DNA of 29,655 bases from an uncultured bacterium (GTDB taxonomy: Bacteria; Gemmatimonadota; Gemmatimonadetes; Gemmatimonadales; Gemmatimonadaceae): assembly GCA_963978095.1 (NCBI GenBank), contig CAXBQP010000037.1:1-29655 (forward strand), written 5' to 3'. Positions 17,494-25,286 of this stretch are shown one piece after another (position 1 is the first letter of the stretch; the number at the start of each line of letters is the position of its first letter). Below the pieces are notes generated by a model. That model saw only the letters and a list, made by a program, of their open reading frames with translations. It did not search any database and was not told where the DNA came from. The translations under genes were made by a program, and so were the position numbers.

Positions 17494-18580
17494 CGCGTCG
17501 GTCGCACCGATGGCGCCGGCATGGTGCGTGCGCCGTGCGGTCATGGCGATGGCAACGGTATCGACCATGCTGCTCGCCGCCTGCGGCAACGACCGGGGAC
17601 CCACGGTGCGCGTGACGATCCGGAAGGGGTCGAGTTTCCGCGAAGCCGCCGAATCGCTCTCGGCGCACGGGATCGTCCGATCGGCGAAGCTGTTCGGCAT
17701 TTTCGCGCGCGTGCGGGGCGAGGATCGCAAGCTCCACTACGGGACGTATGTGCTGCGTCAGAGCCTGTCGTGGGGGCAAATCCTCGACGCGGTCCGTCTT
17801 GGGAAGGGCATCGTACATCAGGTCACCATTCCCGAAGGGTTCACCATCGCGCAGATCACGCCGCTCTTGGTCGATGAACTCGAGTTGGTACCGGATTCGA
17901 TTGACGCGGCGGTTCGCGACCCCGAACTCCGGGCGCGGTTGGGGATTCCGACCAAGACGCTCGAAGGGTACCTGTTCCCGGACACCTACACCTTTGCCGA
18001 CAACGCCACCGCCCGGGATGCCGTGCGCATGATGGTGGAGCGTTTCGAGAAGGTGTGGAAGCCGGAATGGACCGCCCGGGCAGCCGAGGTGAAGATGAGC
18101 CGCCATGAGGTGCTGACGCTGGCGAGCATCGTCGAACGGGAGGTGTTCCGAAACGATGAGCGCCCCGTGATTGCGGCCGTGTACCTCAACCGGTTGAAGG
18201 CGCACATCCCGCTGCAGGCTGATCCGACCGTACAGTACGCGCTGGGGAAGAAGCCCGGTCGCGTGCTCTTCAAGGATCTGCGGGTCGTGTCGCCGTACAA
18301 CACGTATCTGAACGTGGGCTTGCCGCCCGGCCCCATTGCGTCACCCGGCGCGGCGAGCATCGAGGCCGCTTTGCATCCGGCGAAGGTGCCCTACCGGTTC
18401 TTCGTCGCGGCCCCTGATGGCCACCATGAGTTCCGGCGAACTTTCACGGAACACGAGGCCGCGATCGCCATGGTGCGTGCGCAGAAGGCGGCGATCGCCT
18501 CCGGAACTCGTGATCAGAGGCCCGGCGGCGACAGCGGCGCTGCGAAGTTGTCAAAGGACAGCACCGGCAAACGACCCTGA
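17486..18580 (+). CDS. mltG: Endolytic transglycosylase MltG (YceG family); start uncertain
   Basis: VTIPEGFT, LEGYLFPDTY, LASIVERE, LQADPTVQY, SPYNTY..GLPPGPIASPG. Confidence 0.93.
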   Translation: MRNASVAPMAPAWCVRRAVMAMATVSTMLLAACGNDRGPTVRVTIRKGSSFREAAESLSAHGIVRSAKLFGIFARVRGEDRKLHYGTYVLRQSLSWGQILDAVRLGKGIVHQVTIPEGFTIAQITPLLVDELELVPDSIDAAVRDPELRARLGIPTKTLEGYLFPDTYTFADNATARDAVRMMVERFEKVWKPEWTARAAEVKMSRHEVLTLASIVEREVFRNDERPVIAAVYLNRLKAHIPLQADPTVQYALGKKPGRVLFKDLRVVSPYNTYLNVGLPPGPIASPGAASIEAALHPAKVPYRFFVAAPDGHHEFRRTFTEHEAAIAMVRAQKAAIASGTRDQRPGGDSGAAKLSKDSTGKRP

Positions 18581-18631
18581 TCGCCCGCCGACCGGCGAGA
18601 CGCCGCGGGGCGTGGGCTCTCGTTGCGCCGG

Positions 18632-19006
18632 TCAGTCTGACACGAGATCCTGCCGCAACAGGACCGCATTGTGCAGGTACGCGTGGCGCATCTCGTGGCG
18701 CTCACGGCGCGTCTCCACATGCAGCATGACCCGCACGCAACGCGGGAGGGAGCCGGAGATATCCAGCTCCTGCGCGCACAGGAGCGGAATGTCGCTCCAC
18801 CCGTACGTTCGTGCCGCATGCGCCGGGAACTCCGACGTGAGATCGGGTGTCGCCGTGAACACCGCGCTGATGACATCCAGCGAGGTCAAGTCATTGAGTT
18901 CGAGGAGTTCGTCGAGCAACTCGTGCACCGCCTGCCGGATGAGCAGGGGGTGATCCGAGGCCACGGTGGTGGCCCCCCGAACGGCGCGCACATTGTAACG
19001 TCCCAT
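18632..19006 (-). CDS. aroH: Chorismate mutase, AroH class
   Basis: VRAVRGATTV, FTATPDLTSEFPA, PLLCAQE, LPRCVRVMLH, HAYL..A..LRQDL; 124 aa from ATG 19006. Confidence 0.93.
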   Translation of the reverse strand: MGRYNVRAVRGATTVASDHPLLIRQAVHELLDELLELNDLTSLDVISAVFTATPDLTSEFPAHAARTYGWSDIPLLCAQELDISGSLPRCVRVMLHVETRRERHEMRHAYLHNAVLLRQDLVSD

Positions 19007-19071
19007 GGGGAAATTGTGCAGCGCGGCGCACAGGCTGTCCACCCTTGGACACCGCGCGGTAGATTCCACGG

Positions 19072-20241
19072 ATGTCTCGTGACGTTGCAATCGTCTCGCT
19101 GCGTGGCGCCAAGCGCTGGCAACAGGGGCACCCGTGGATCTTCCGCAGTGATGTGTCGCAGCCGCCGCTTGACGCGGCTGGCGCCGTTCGCGTCCGCGAT
19201 GTGCGCGGCCAGCCGTTGGGCTGGGCCCTGTGGAGTCCGGGGTCCGAGATCTCGTTGCGGCTGATCGACCGTGATCCTGATGCGGTGATCGACGGCGCGT
19301 GGTGGCATGCGCAGTTGGAGCGGGCGCTTCGGCGTCGCGCGCCGTTGACTCACGAGACGAACGCGTATCGACTGGTCCACGGCGAGGGCGACGGCCTTCC
19401 GTCGCTGGTCGTCGACCGATTCGACCGCTGGCTGGTGGTGCAGTTGCTGTCGGCGGGACTCGAAGCGTACCGCCCGCAGATCGTGGAGGCCTTGCGGATG
19501 CTGTCCGGCGCCGAGGGGGCGATCGCGCGGAATGACGCGGCCGTGCGCGACCGGGAGAGGCTGCCGCGCATGGTGGAGCTCCTGTGGGGAACCGTGCCTG
19601 ATGAAATCGAGGTCCGTGAACACGGGGTACGATACCTGGCGGCGCCGCGCACCGGGCAGAAGACCGGCGCCTTTCTGGATCAGCGGGAAGCGCGCGTGCT
19701 CGTGGGCTCGGCGGCACAGGGTCGGGCCCTCGACCTGTTCAGCTATCATGGCTCGTTCGCGCTGCATCTCGCGCGGCGCGCGGAGGCGGTGACCGCCGTC
19801 GACAGTTCGGGGCCTGCCCTTGCCCGCGCCGCGCAGAACGCCGTGCTCAACGGCTTCACGAACATGGCGTGTGCCGAAGCCGATGCGTTCGAGTTCCTCA
19901 GGGAAGCTCTCCGCAACGGAGCGCGCTACGACACGATCGTGGTGGATCCGCCGGCGTTCGCCAAGAATCGTCCGTCGCTACCAGCCGCGGTGCGTGCGTA
20001 TCGCGACATCAACCTGCATGCGATGAAGTTGCTCGCGCCGGGCGGGCTCCTGTATTCCGCGAGTTGCAGCTACCACCTGACCAAGCCGCTGTTCTGGGAG
20101 ATGTTGCAGGATGCCGCGGCAGGCGCCGGGCGCCGGATGGTGCTGCGCACACTCACCGCGCAGCCGCTGGACCATCCCGAGGTGCTGACGATTCCGGAGA
20201 CCGGCTACCTGAAGGGTGCGCTCCTCGAGGCGGCGGACTGA
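19072..20241 (+). CDS. RlmI-like class I SAM-dependent rRNA m5C methyltransferase (PUA plus MTase)
   Basis: GHPWIFRS, YRLVHGEGDGLPSLVVDRF, GQKTGAFLDQRE, LDLFSYHGSF, IVVDPPAF, ASCS, YLKG. Confidence 0.9.
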   Translation: MSRDVAIVSLRGAKRWQQGHPWIFRSDVSQPPLDAAGAVRVRDVRGQPLGWALWSPGSEISLRLIDRDPDAVIDGAWWHAQLERALRRRAPLTHETNAYRLVHGEGDGLPSLVVDRFDRWLVVQLLSAGLEAYRPQIVEALRMLSGAEGAIARNDAAVRDRERLPRMVELLWGTVPDEIEVREHGVRYLAAPRTGQKTGAFLDQREARVLVGSAAQGRALDLFSYHGSFALHLARRAEAVTAVDSSGPALARAAQNAVLNGFTNMACAEADAFEFLREALRNGARYDTIVVDPPAFAKNRPSLPAAVRAYRDINLHAMKLLAPGGLLYSASCSYHLTKPLFWEMLQDAAAGAGRRMVLRTLTAQPLDHPEVLTIPETGYLKGALLEAAD

Positions 20242-20257
20242 GCACGCCCCTGCGCCT

Positions 20258-21043
20258 TCAGCGGCGTTGGCAGTTCGGGCAGAAGCAGGTCGAGCGTCCG
20301 CTTTGGGTCAATCGCTTGAGTGTCGTGCCGCAACGGTCGCAGGGCTCGCCCTCACGGTCGTAGACGTGGAAGCGGTCGGAGCGGTCGCTGGTACGATATC
20401 GCTCCGCCCTAGCCACCCCGTCGGCGAGCGCTTCGCGGACACTGTCGAGCAGTCGCGTGACCCGAGCCGCGCTGAGCGAATTGGCGGGCGCTTCGGGATT
20501 GACGCGGGCCCGCCACAACGCCTCGGCCGCGTAGATATTCCCGATGCCGGCGAGGAGTTTCTGATCCAGTAGCGCGACTTTGATGGCGGTACGTCGGCGG
20601 GCGAGTCCGGCGCCGAAGAACGCCGCCGTCACCGAGGGGTCGTCGGCGTCGGGGCCGAGTGCGAGCACGGGCGGATGCGCCGCCGCGTGCACCCGGACGA
20701 TGCACAGCGCGCGCGGATCCGTGAGCGCCACGCGGGTTCCGTCATCGAGTGCGATTGCTACGCGGGTGAAGCGCGGCAGTGGATCGTGCTTCCGCGTGAA
20801 CGACCAGTCCCCGTCGAGCAGGAAGTGTACGTGGAGCTGCGCCCCATTGGCGAAGCGGATCAACTGGTGCTTCCCGCGACGCTCGACCGCAACGATTCCC
20901 TGCCCCTCGACGCGTCGACGCGCCCCGGCAGGGAGCTCGCGGCGCTGCGATGGATGGAGTCCCGTGATCCGCACCAGGGTACGTCCCACCACGTGCGCGC
21001 GGAGACGCCGAGCGGCTTCGTCGACTTCCGGTAGTTCAGGCAA
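20258..21043 (-). CDS. mutM: Fpg/Nei family DNA glycosylase/AP lyase (MutM-like)
   Basis: TTG start at 21043 gives M-PELPEVD; RRGKH; H2TH motif LLDQKLLAGIGNIYAAEAL; C-terminal zinc finger CDRC..GRSTCFCPNCQ. Confidence 0.88.
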   Translation of the reverse strand: MPELPEVDEAARRLRAHVVGRTLVRITGLHPSQRRELPAGARRRVEGQGIVAVERRGKHQLIRFANGAQLHVHFLLDGDWSFTRKHDPLPRFTRVAIALDDGTRVALTDPRALCIVRVHAAAHPPVLALGPDADDPSVTAAFFGAGLARRRTAIKVALLDQKLLAGIGNIYAAEALWRARVNPEAPANSLSAARVTRLLDSVREALADGVARAERYRTSDRSDRFHVYDREGEPCDRCGTTLKRLTQSGRSTCFCPNCQRR

Positions 21044-21093
21044 CACTCCCTCCCTGATTGACAGAACACCCCTCGGCGGGTGAACATCACAGC

Positions 21094-21984
21094 GTGACGA
21101 TTCCCCCGATTCCGCCTTCGGCGCTCTCGCCGCGTACCGCGTCGGTACAACGCACTCTCGCGGTCATCCTCGCTCTCAATATCGTCGTGGTGGGAGTCAA
21201 AGTCGTGGTCGCGCTCCGCACCGGGGCGCTCTCGGTGGTAGGCGCGACCGTGGAATCGGCGCTCGATGCGATGAACAATGTCATCGCGATCCTGCTGGTG
21301 GCACTGGCGGCGCGCGGACCGGACGATGACCATCCGTACGGCCATGACAAGTTCGAGACGCTCGGCGCTCTGGTGATCGTGGGCTTCTTGTCCATTTCGT
21401 GCTTCGAGCTCGTGCGCAATGCCGTCACCACCTTGGTGCATCACGAGACGCCCGCCACTCCGACCCCGTTCGAACTGGCGCTGCTTGGCGGCACAGCGTT
21501 GATCAATGTGCTGGTGGTGTGGTATGAGCAGAAGCGTGGTCGCGCCTTGGGCAGTGCGTTGCTCCTCGCCGATGCCGCGCACACCGGAGGTGACATTTTT
21601 GTCACCGCTGTCGCGTTTTTGTCGCTCTGGCTGGCGCGCATGGGGTATCCGAAGGCGGATGCGTGGCTGACGTTGGTGGTCGCGACCGTCATCGCCTACA
21701 GTGGGTATCAGATCCTGAAGGTCACCGTGCCGATCCTCGTGGACGAGCGCGGCGTTGACGCGGAGGAGATCCGGCGTGTAGTCGCCGCCATCCCGCACAT
21801 CGTGGGCGTTCCCACGGTGCGCTCGCGCACGACGGCCTCAGGGATGCTGTTCGCCGAAGTCACGATCCGATGTGACGGCGCACTCCCGGTGTCTTCCGCC
21901 CACGAACTCGCGGACGCGACCGAGGCGGCCATCCACGCATCGGTCGGCGCGGCTGATGTGACCGTGCATATCGAACCGGCGTAG
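21094..21984 (+). CDS. Cation diffusion facilitator (CDF, FieF-like) transporter; start uncertain (21058 TTG or 21094 GTG)
   Basis: Six TM segments, DDDHPYGHDKFE, LLADAAHTGGD, C-terminal AHELAD..VTVHIEP. Confidence 0.9.
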   Translation: MTIPPIPPSALSPRTASVQRTLAVILALNIVVVGVKVVVALRTGALSVVGATVESALDAMNNVIAILLVALAARGPDDDHPYGHDKFETLGALVIVGFLSISCFELVRNAVTTLVHHETPATPTPFELALLGGTALINVLVVWYEQKRGRALGSALLLADAAHTGGDIFVTAVAFLSLWLARMGYPKADAWLTLVVATVIAYSGYQILKVTVPILVDERGVDAEEIRRVVAAIPHIVGVPTVRSRTTASGMLFAEVTIRCDGALPVSSAHELADATEAAIHASVGAADVTVHIEPA

Positions 21985-22069
21985 CGCGCTCGGGGCTTGA
22001 GCCCACGCGCAACTGATATAGCTTGTGGTGACGGGAACCTCCTGAACCTACTCGCATGCCCCGCGCCTG

Positions 22070-22849
22070 ATGAATCTCCGCGTACAACGCTCGCTACGAC
22101 ACGAGTACACGCTGTACGTGGATCGTGAGGTCGAGCAGTACAAGGAAACGGTCGGCTACGCCAAGATGATGGATCTCGCGGCGGCGGCGAGTGCCGTGCT
22201 CGAGGGAGATTTGCAGATCGGCATCCGCGAGATGCTCCTCGCGGACGAAGTGAATCGCCTCATCATGGGGCGCCTCAAGCTTCCGAGCTTCGACGTGTGG
22301 CGTCGCCGGTTGTTGCGCAACGCCTCCGATCCCAAGAATCCGGAGCACTGGGGACTGCGCGCCGACACGCCGCTCGCGCATGCTTTGAGTTCTTCGTCAC
22401 CCAGCGCCGAGGTCGTGGTGACCGGCGCACGGGTTCAGGGCTCGTCGCTGTATCTCGCCGCCAATGGCTGTCACGTCACGGCGCTCGAGCCCGAACAGGA
22501 TATGGTGGAGCGGGTGTTGAGCGCGGCCGCGGAAGAGGGACTCGATGGGCGAGTCCGCGGCGTCGCGACCCCCCTGTGGCAATGGACCCCGGAAGGCCAA
22601 ATCGCGGCAGTGGTGTGCACGCCCGCCGCGTTCGCCGGCCTGTCGGGAATCGAACGGGCGCAGGTGATCGCCCTGCTGCAGTCGGCGACGACGGATGGCG
22701 GGGTGCATCTGGTCGAAACGATCATCGCTGGTCAGGAAGCCATCTCCGAGGACGAGCTCCGCGCTTCATATAAGAAGGGGTGGGATGTCTCGTTCCATCG
22801 GGAAGCTGGGGAGGCCCGTACCTTTCTCGCGAGGAAGCACAGCGCGTAA
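22070..22849 (+). CDS. Hypothetical protein: helical N-terminal domain plus TehB-like methyltransferase fold
   Basis: SLYLAANGCHVTALE, AAAEEGL, ATTDGGVHLVET, ELRASY..GWDV, FLARK parallel E. coli TehB as recalled. Confidence 0.7.
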   Translation: MNLRVQRSLRHEYTLYVDREVEQYKETVGYAKMMDLAAAASAVLEGDLQIGIREMLLADEVNRLIMGRLKLPSFDVWRRRLLRNASDPKNPEHWGLRADTPLAHALSSSSPSAEVVVTGARVQGSSLYLAANGCHVTALEPEQDMVERVLSAAAEEGLDGRVRGVATPLWQWTPEGQIAAVVCTPAAFAGLSGIERAQVIALLQSATTDGGVHLVETIIAGQEAISEDELRASYKKGWDVSFHREAGEARTFLARKHSA

Positions 22850-22896
22850 CGTTTCGACACACAAGATCCCACATCGAACGTGTCTCTTTGCGACAC

Positions 22897-22925
22897 ACCA
22901 GCCGCTCAACGGCTGGTATTTTTTT
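22897..22925 (+). terminator. Intrinsic terminator
   Basis: ACCAGCCG-CTCAA-CGGCTGGT followed by ATTTTTTT. Confidence 0.75.
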
Positions 22926-22966
22926 GTAAGCCTTTGTGAAACAACACGTTGCGTTTTGTTTGCTTG

Positions 22967-22982
22967 TGGCATTACCTGTGCA
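22967..22982 (+). promoter_or_regulatory. Putative sigma54 -24/-12 promoter
   Basis: TGGCAT-TACCT-GTGCA gives GG-N10-GC; IHF-like AAACAACACGTTG at 22939-22951. Confidence 0.55.
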
Positions 22983-23034
22983 ACACCAATGAGGGAACAG
23001 CCGCGGCGGCGTCTTCTATAAGGAAGAGCGGTCC

Positions 23035-23217
23035 ATGGCTCAGCCCTCGGAGGACCAGATGGCACGGTCACGCGCAGTGGAGACGGAATCGGAGCCTGTG
23101 GGAATCATCATCGCGTTCGGTGCACCGGCGGCGGAATCGCCCCGGGTGGTCGCGTATGAGTGGGCCCCGGTTCCGGTGAGCGAACTCGAGCCGGCCGAAG
23201 CGGTATTGGCCGCGTGA
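23035..23217 (+). CDS. Small acidic hypothetical protein (60 aa)
   Basis: Purine-rich AAGGAAGAG upstream; candidate promoter; downstream GC hairpin (~23235-23268). Confidence 0.6.
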   Translation: MAQPSEDQMARSRAVETESEPVGIIIAFGAPAAESPRVVAYEWAPVPVSELEPAEAVLAA

Positions 23218-23288
23218 TTCTGGGCTGATCGCATGAGGGGCGCGCTCCGGGATGGGGCGCGCCCTTTCGCTTGGGCCTGGATTGGGGG

Positions 23289-23331
23289 AAAAAGAACAGA
23301 GGGGAGCCAGCTTGCGCTGGTTCCCCTCTGT
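23289..23331 (-). terminator. Intrinsic terminator of the 22-aa peptide gene
   Basis: Minus strand ACAGAGGGGAACCAGC-GCAA-GCTGGCTCCCCTCTGT followed by TCTTTTT; GNRA loop. Confidence 0.8.
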
Positions 23332-23346
23332 GCTTCGTGAAGAAAA

Positions 23347-23415
23347 CTACTTCTTCTTCGCGGCCTTCTTCTTCGGTGCGGCCTTCTTCTTCGCAGCCTT
23401 CTTCTTGGCAGCCAT
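23347..23415 (-). CDS. 22-aa Lys/Ala-rich histone-H1-like micropeptide MAAKKKAAKKKAAPKKKAAKKK
   Basis: ATG at 23415 with AAGGAG 8 nt upstream; TAG at 23349-23347; all 12 Lys codons are AAG; terminator immediately downstream. Confidence 0.8.
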   Translation of the reverse strand: MAAKKKAAKKKAAPKKKAAKKK

Positions 23416-24255
23416 GGTGCAAGCTCCTTGAAAAGGATTGTGTTCCCCTGGCGATCCCCCGGTGGATCGCTGGGCTCGAAACCGCGATGACTTGCGGCCC
23501 CGCTTGTGACACGGCCTCGATCAGGCGCGTGAAGATCTGGTGCTGCAGTTTTTCTTCGTTCCGTTCTCGCCGCCGAATCCCGCGCATTGAGAATCGTCTT
23601 CGTCATCTGCGACGCAAGGTTGCTGCTGTGATGCTGAACCGCGCGAGACTCGATGCTGCGCGTCCTGCATTTGGTAGCAATATTGCGTCACTGCTGTATA
23701 GACAATTGTACGAAGTTTGATTTCGCGCAAGTACCACCGCCGAGTTCGCCGGAACCTCCGAGACCGGCCCGGGACAGCGGTCGTCGTCGACCGGAGCTCA
23801 CCGTGATGATGGAACGGACGACGATGTCGCGTCCGATTCGTCGGCGCCGTGTGCGTGGGCACGCGCGATGCGCGTGGTGTTGCCTGCAGATTATCCGCGC
23901 ATCACGTGCGTTTTTCAGAGGGAAAACGCAGTGACGGCAGGCGCCGAGCATCGTTGACGCATCCGCCACACGCGATGAGCGGCATCATGTCGCGCGCGCG
24001 GTCGCGCGCGACATGGACCGCCGCGATCAGCAGAAAGCCCGGCGGATTTCACGGTCGCCAACGCCTGCCGGATGACAAGAATTTCATGTCCGCGAAATGG
24101 GCGCGGCGTGCGTTCCCGTTGCGCGCGGAGCCACGAATCGTGCGTGCCGAGCGGACAATTCCATTCTCGGCACGCGGGATCCGCCGCTGAACGAACTGTC
24201 CGTGTCGTCCGTTCTCCCTTACGCCACGCTGTCACTCGTACCACTTTTCATCACT

Positions 24256-25284
24256 ATGAAAGCGCTCGTGAAAGAGTCCCGCGCGCCGGGATTCGTCCTC
24301 AAGGAAGTGCCCGTGCCGACCATCCGGGCTGACGAAGTACTCATCAAGGTCCGTCGCGCGGGGGTGTGCGGCACGGACGTCCACATCCACGATTGGGACG
24401 CGTGGGCGAACGGGCGATGCACGCCGTCGTTCACCGTCGGTCATGAGTTCGCGGGCGAGGTCGCCGAGGTCGGGGCGCTGGTCACGGACGTGAAGGTCGG
24501 GGACCGTGTGACGGCGGAGGGACACATCGTTTGCGGCCGTTGCCATCTCTGTCGGACGGGCAACGGCCACGTGTGCCCGAACACCAAGATCATCGGTGTG
24601 GACCGCGACGGATGCTTCGCCGAGTTCATCGCGATGCCGGCCAGCAATGTGTGGCATCTGGATGCGAATATCCCCTTCGAGATCGGCGGCATCCATGATC
24701 CGATGGGGAACGCCTTTCACACCGCGCTCCACGACACCAATCTGCCCGGCAAGACGGTGCTCGTGACGGGGTGCGGCCCGATCGGCATTTTCGCCGTGGG
24801 GATCGCCAAGGCCGCCGGCGCGTCGCACATCGTGGCGAGCGACGTGAACCCCAAGCGGCTGGAGCTCGCGCGTGCCATGGGCGCCCGGTCGGCGGTGCAT
24901 CCGTCGGAGGCTGAAGCGGCGGTCCGCGCCGCCACCGACGGGCTCGGCGTGGACGTCGTGCTGGAAATGAGCGGTGTTCCGGCGGCGATCCATCAGGCGT
25001 TCAGGCTGGTGCGCGTCGGCGGTCGGGTGCAGATGCTCGGGATCCCGTCGAATCCGATGGACGTGGACTTCGCGACCGAGGTGATCTTCAAGGGGATCAC
25101 CGTCTATGGCGTCGTCGGCCGCCGGATGTACGACACCTGGATCCAGATCACGCAGTTCCTGCGGTCGGGGCAGTTCGATCCGACGCCGGTGATCACGCAT
25201 CGCTTTCCGTTGGAGCAGCACGCGGAGGCGATCGCGGCGATCAAGTCGGGCGAGGCGGGCAAAGTCATCTTCGAGGTGGCATAA
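24256..25284 (+). CDS. tdh: L-threonine 3-dehydrogenase
   Basis: GVCGTDVHI, GHEFAG, AEGHIVCGRCHLC..HVC, DPMGNA.HT, GCGPIG, GRRMYDTW; adjacent to kbl. Confidence 0.95.
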   Translation: MKALVKESRAPGFVLKEVPVPTIRADEVLIKVRRAGVCGTDVHIHDWDAWANGRCTPSFTVGHEFAGEVAEVGALVTDVKVGDRVTAEGHIVCGRCHLCRTGNGHVCPNTKIIGVDRDGCFAEFIAMPASNVWHLDANIPFEIGGIHDPMGNAFHTALHDTNLPGKTVLVTGCGPIGIFAVGIAKAAGASHIVASDVNPKRLELARAMGARSAVHPSEAEAAVRAATDGLGVDVVLEMSGVPAAIHQAFRLVRVGGRVQMLGIPSNPMDVDFATEVIFKGITVYGVVGRRMYDTWIQITQFLRSGQFDPTPVITHRFPLEQHAEAIAAIKSGEAGKVIFEVA

Positions 25285-25286
25285 CC

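Noticed and set aside
18632..19717. 361-aa N-terminally extended chorismate mutase
   Set aside because: The extension is antisense to the RlmI-like gene; AroH homology starts at ATG 19006.
23035..23217. tmRNA tag reading frame (ends in LAA)
   Set aside because: No tRNA-like GGGG..TCGA / TTCGA..CCACCA ends nearby; the ORF has its own ATG and SD-like sequence.
23347..23415. CRISPR array or simple microsatellite (CTT repeats)
   Set aside because: The repeats are in-frame Lys codons of the micropeptide; no repeat-spacer structure or cas genes anywhere in the window.
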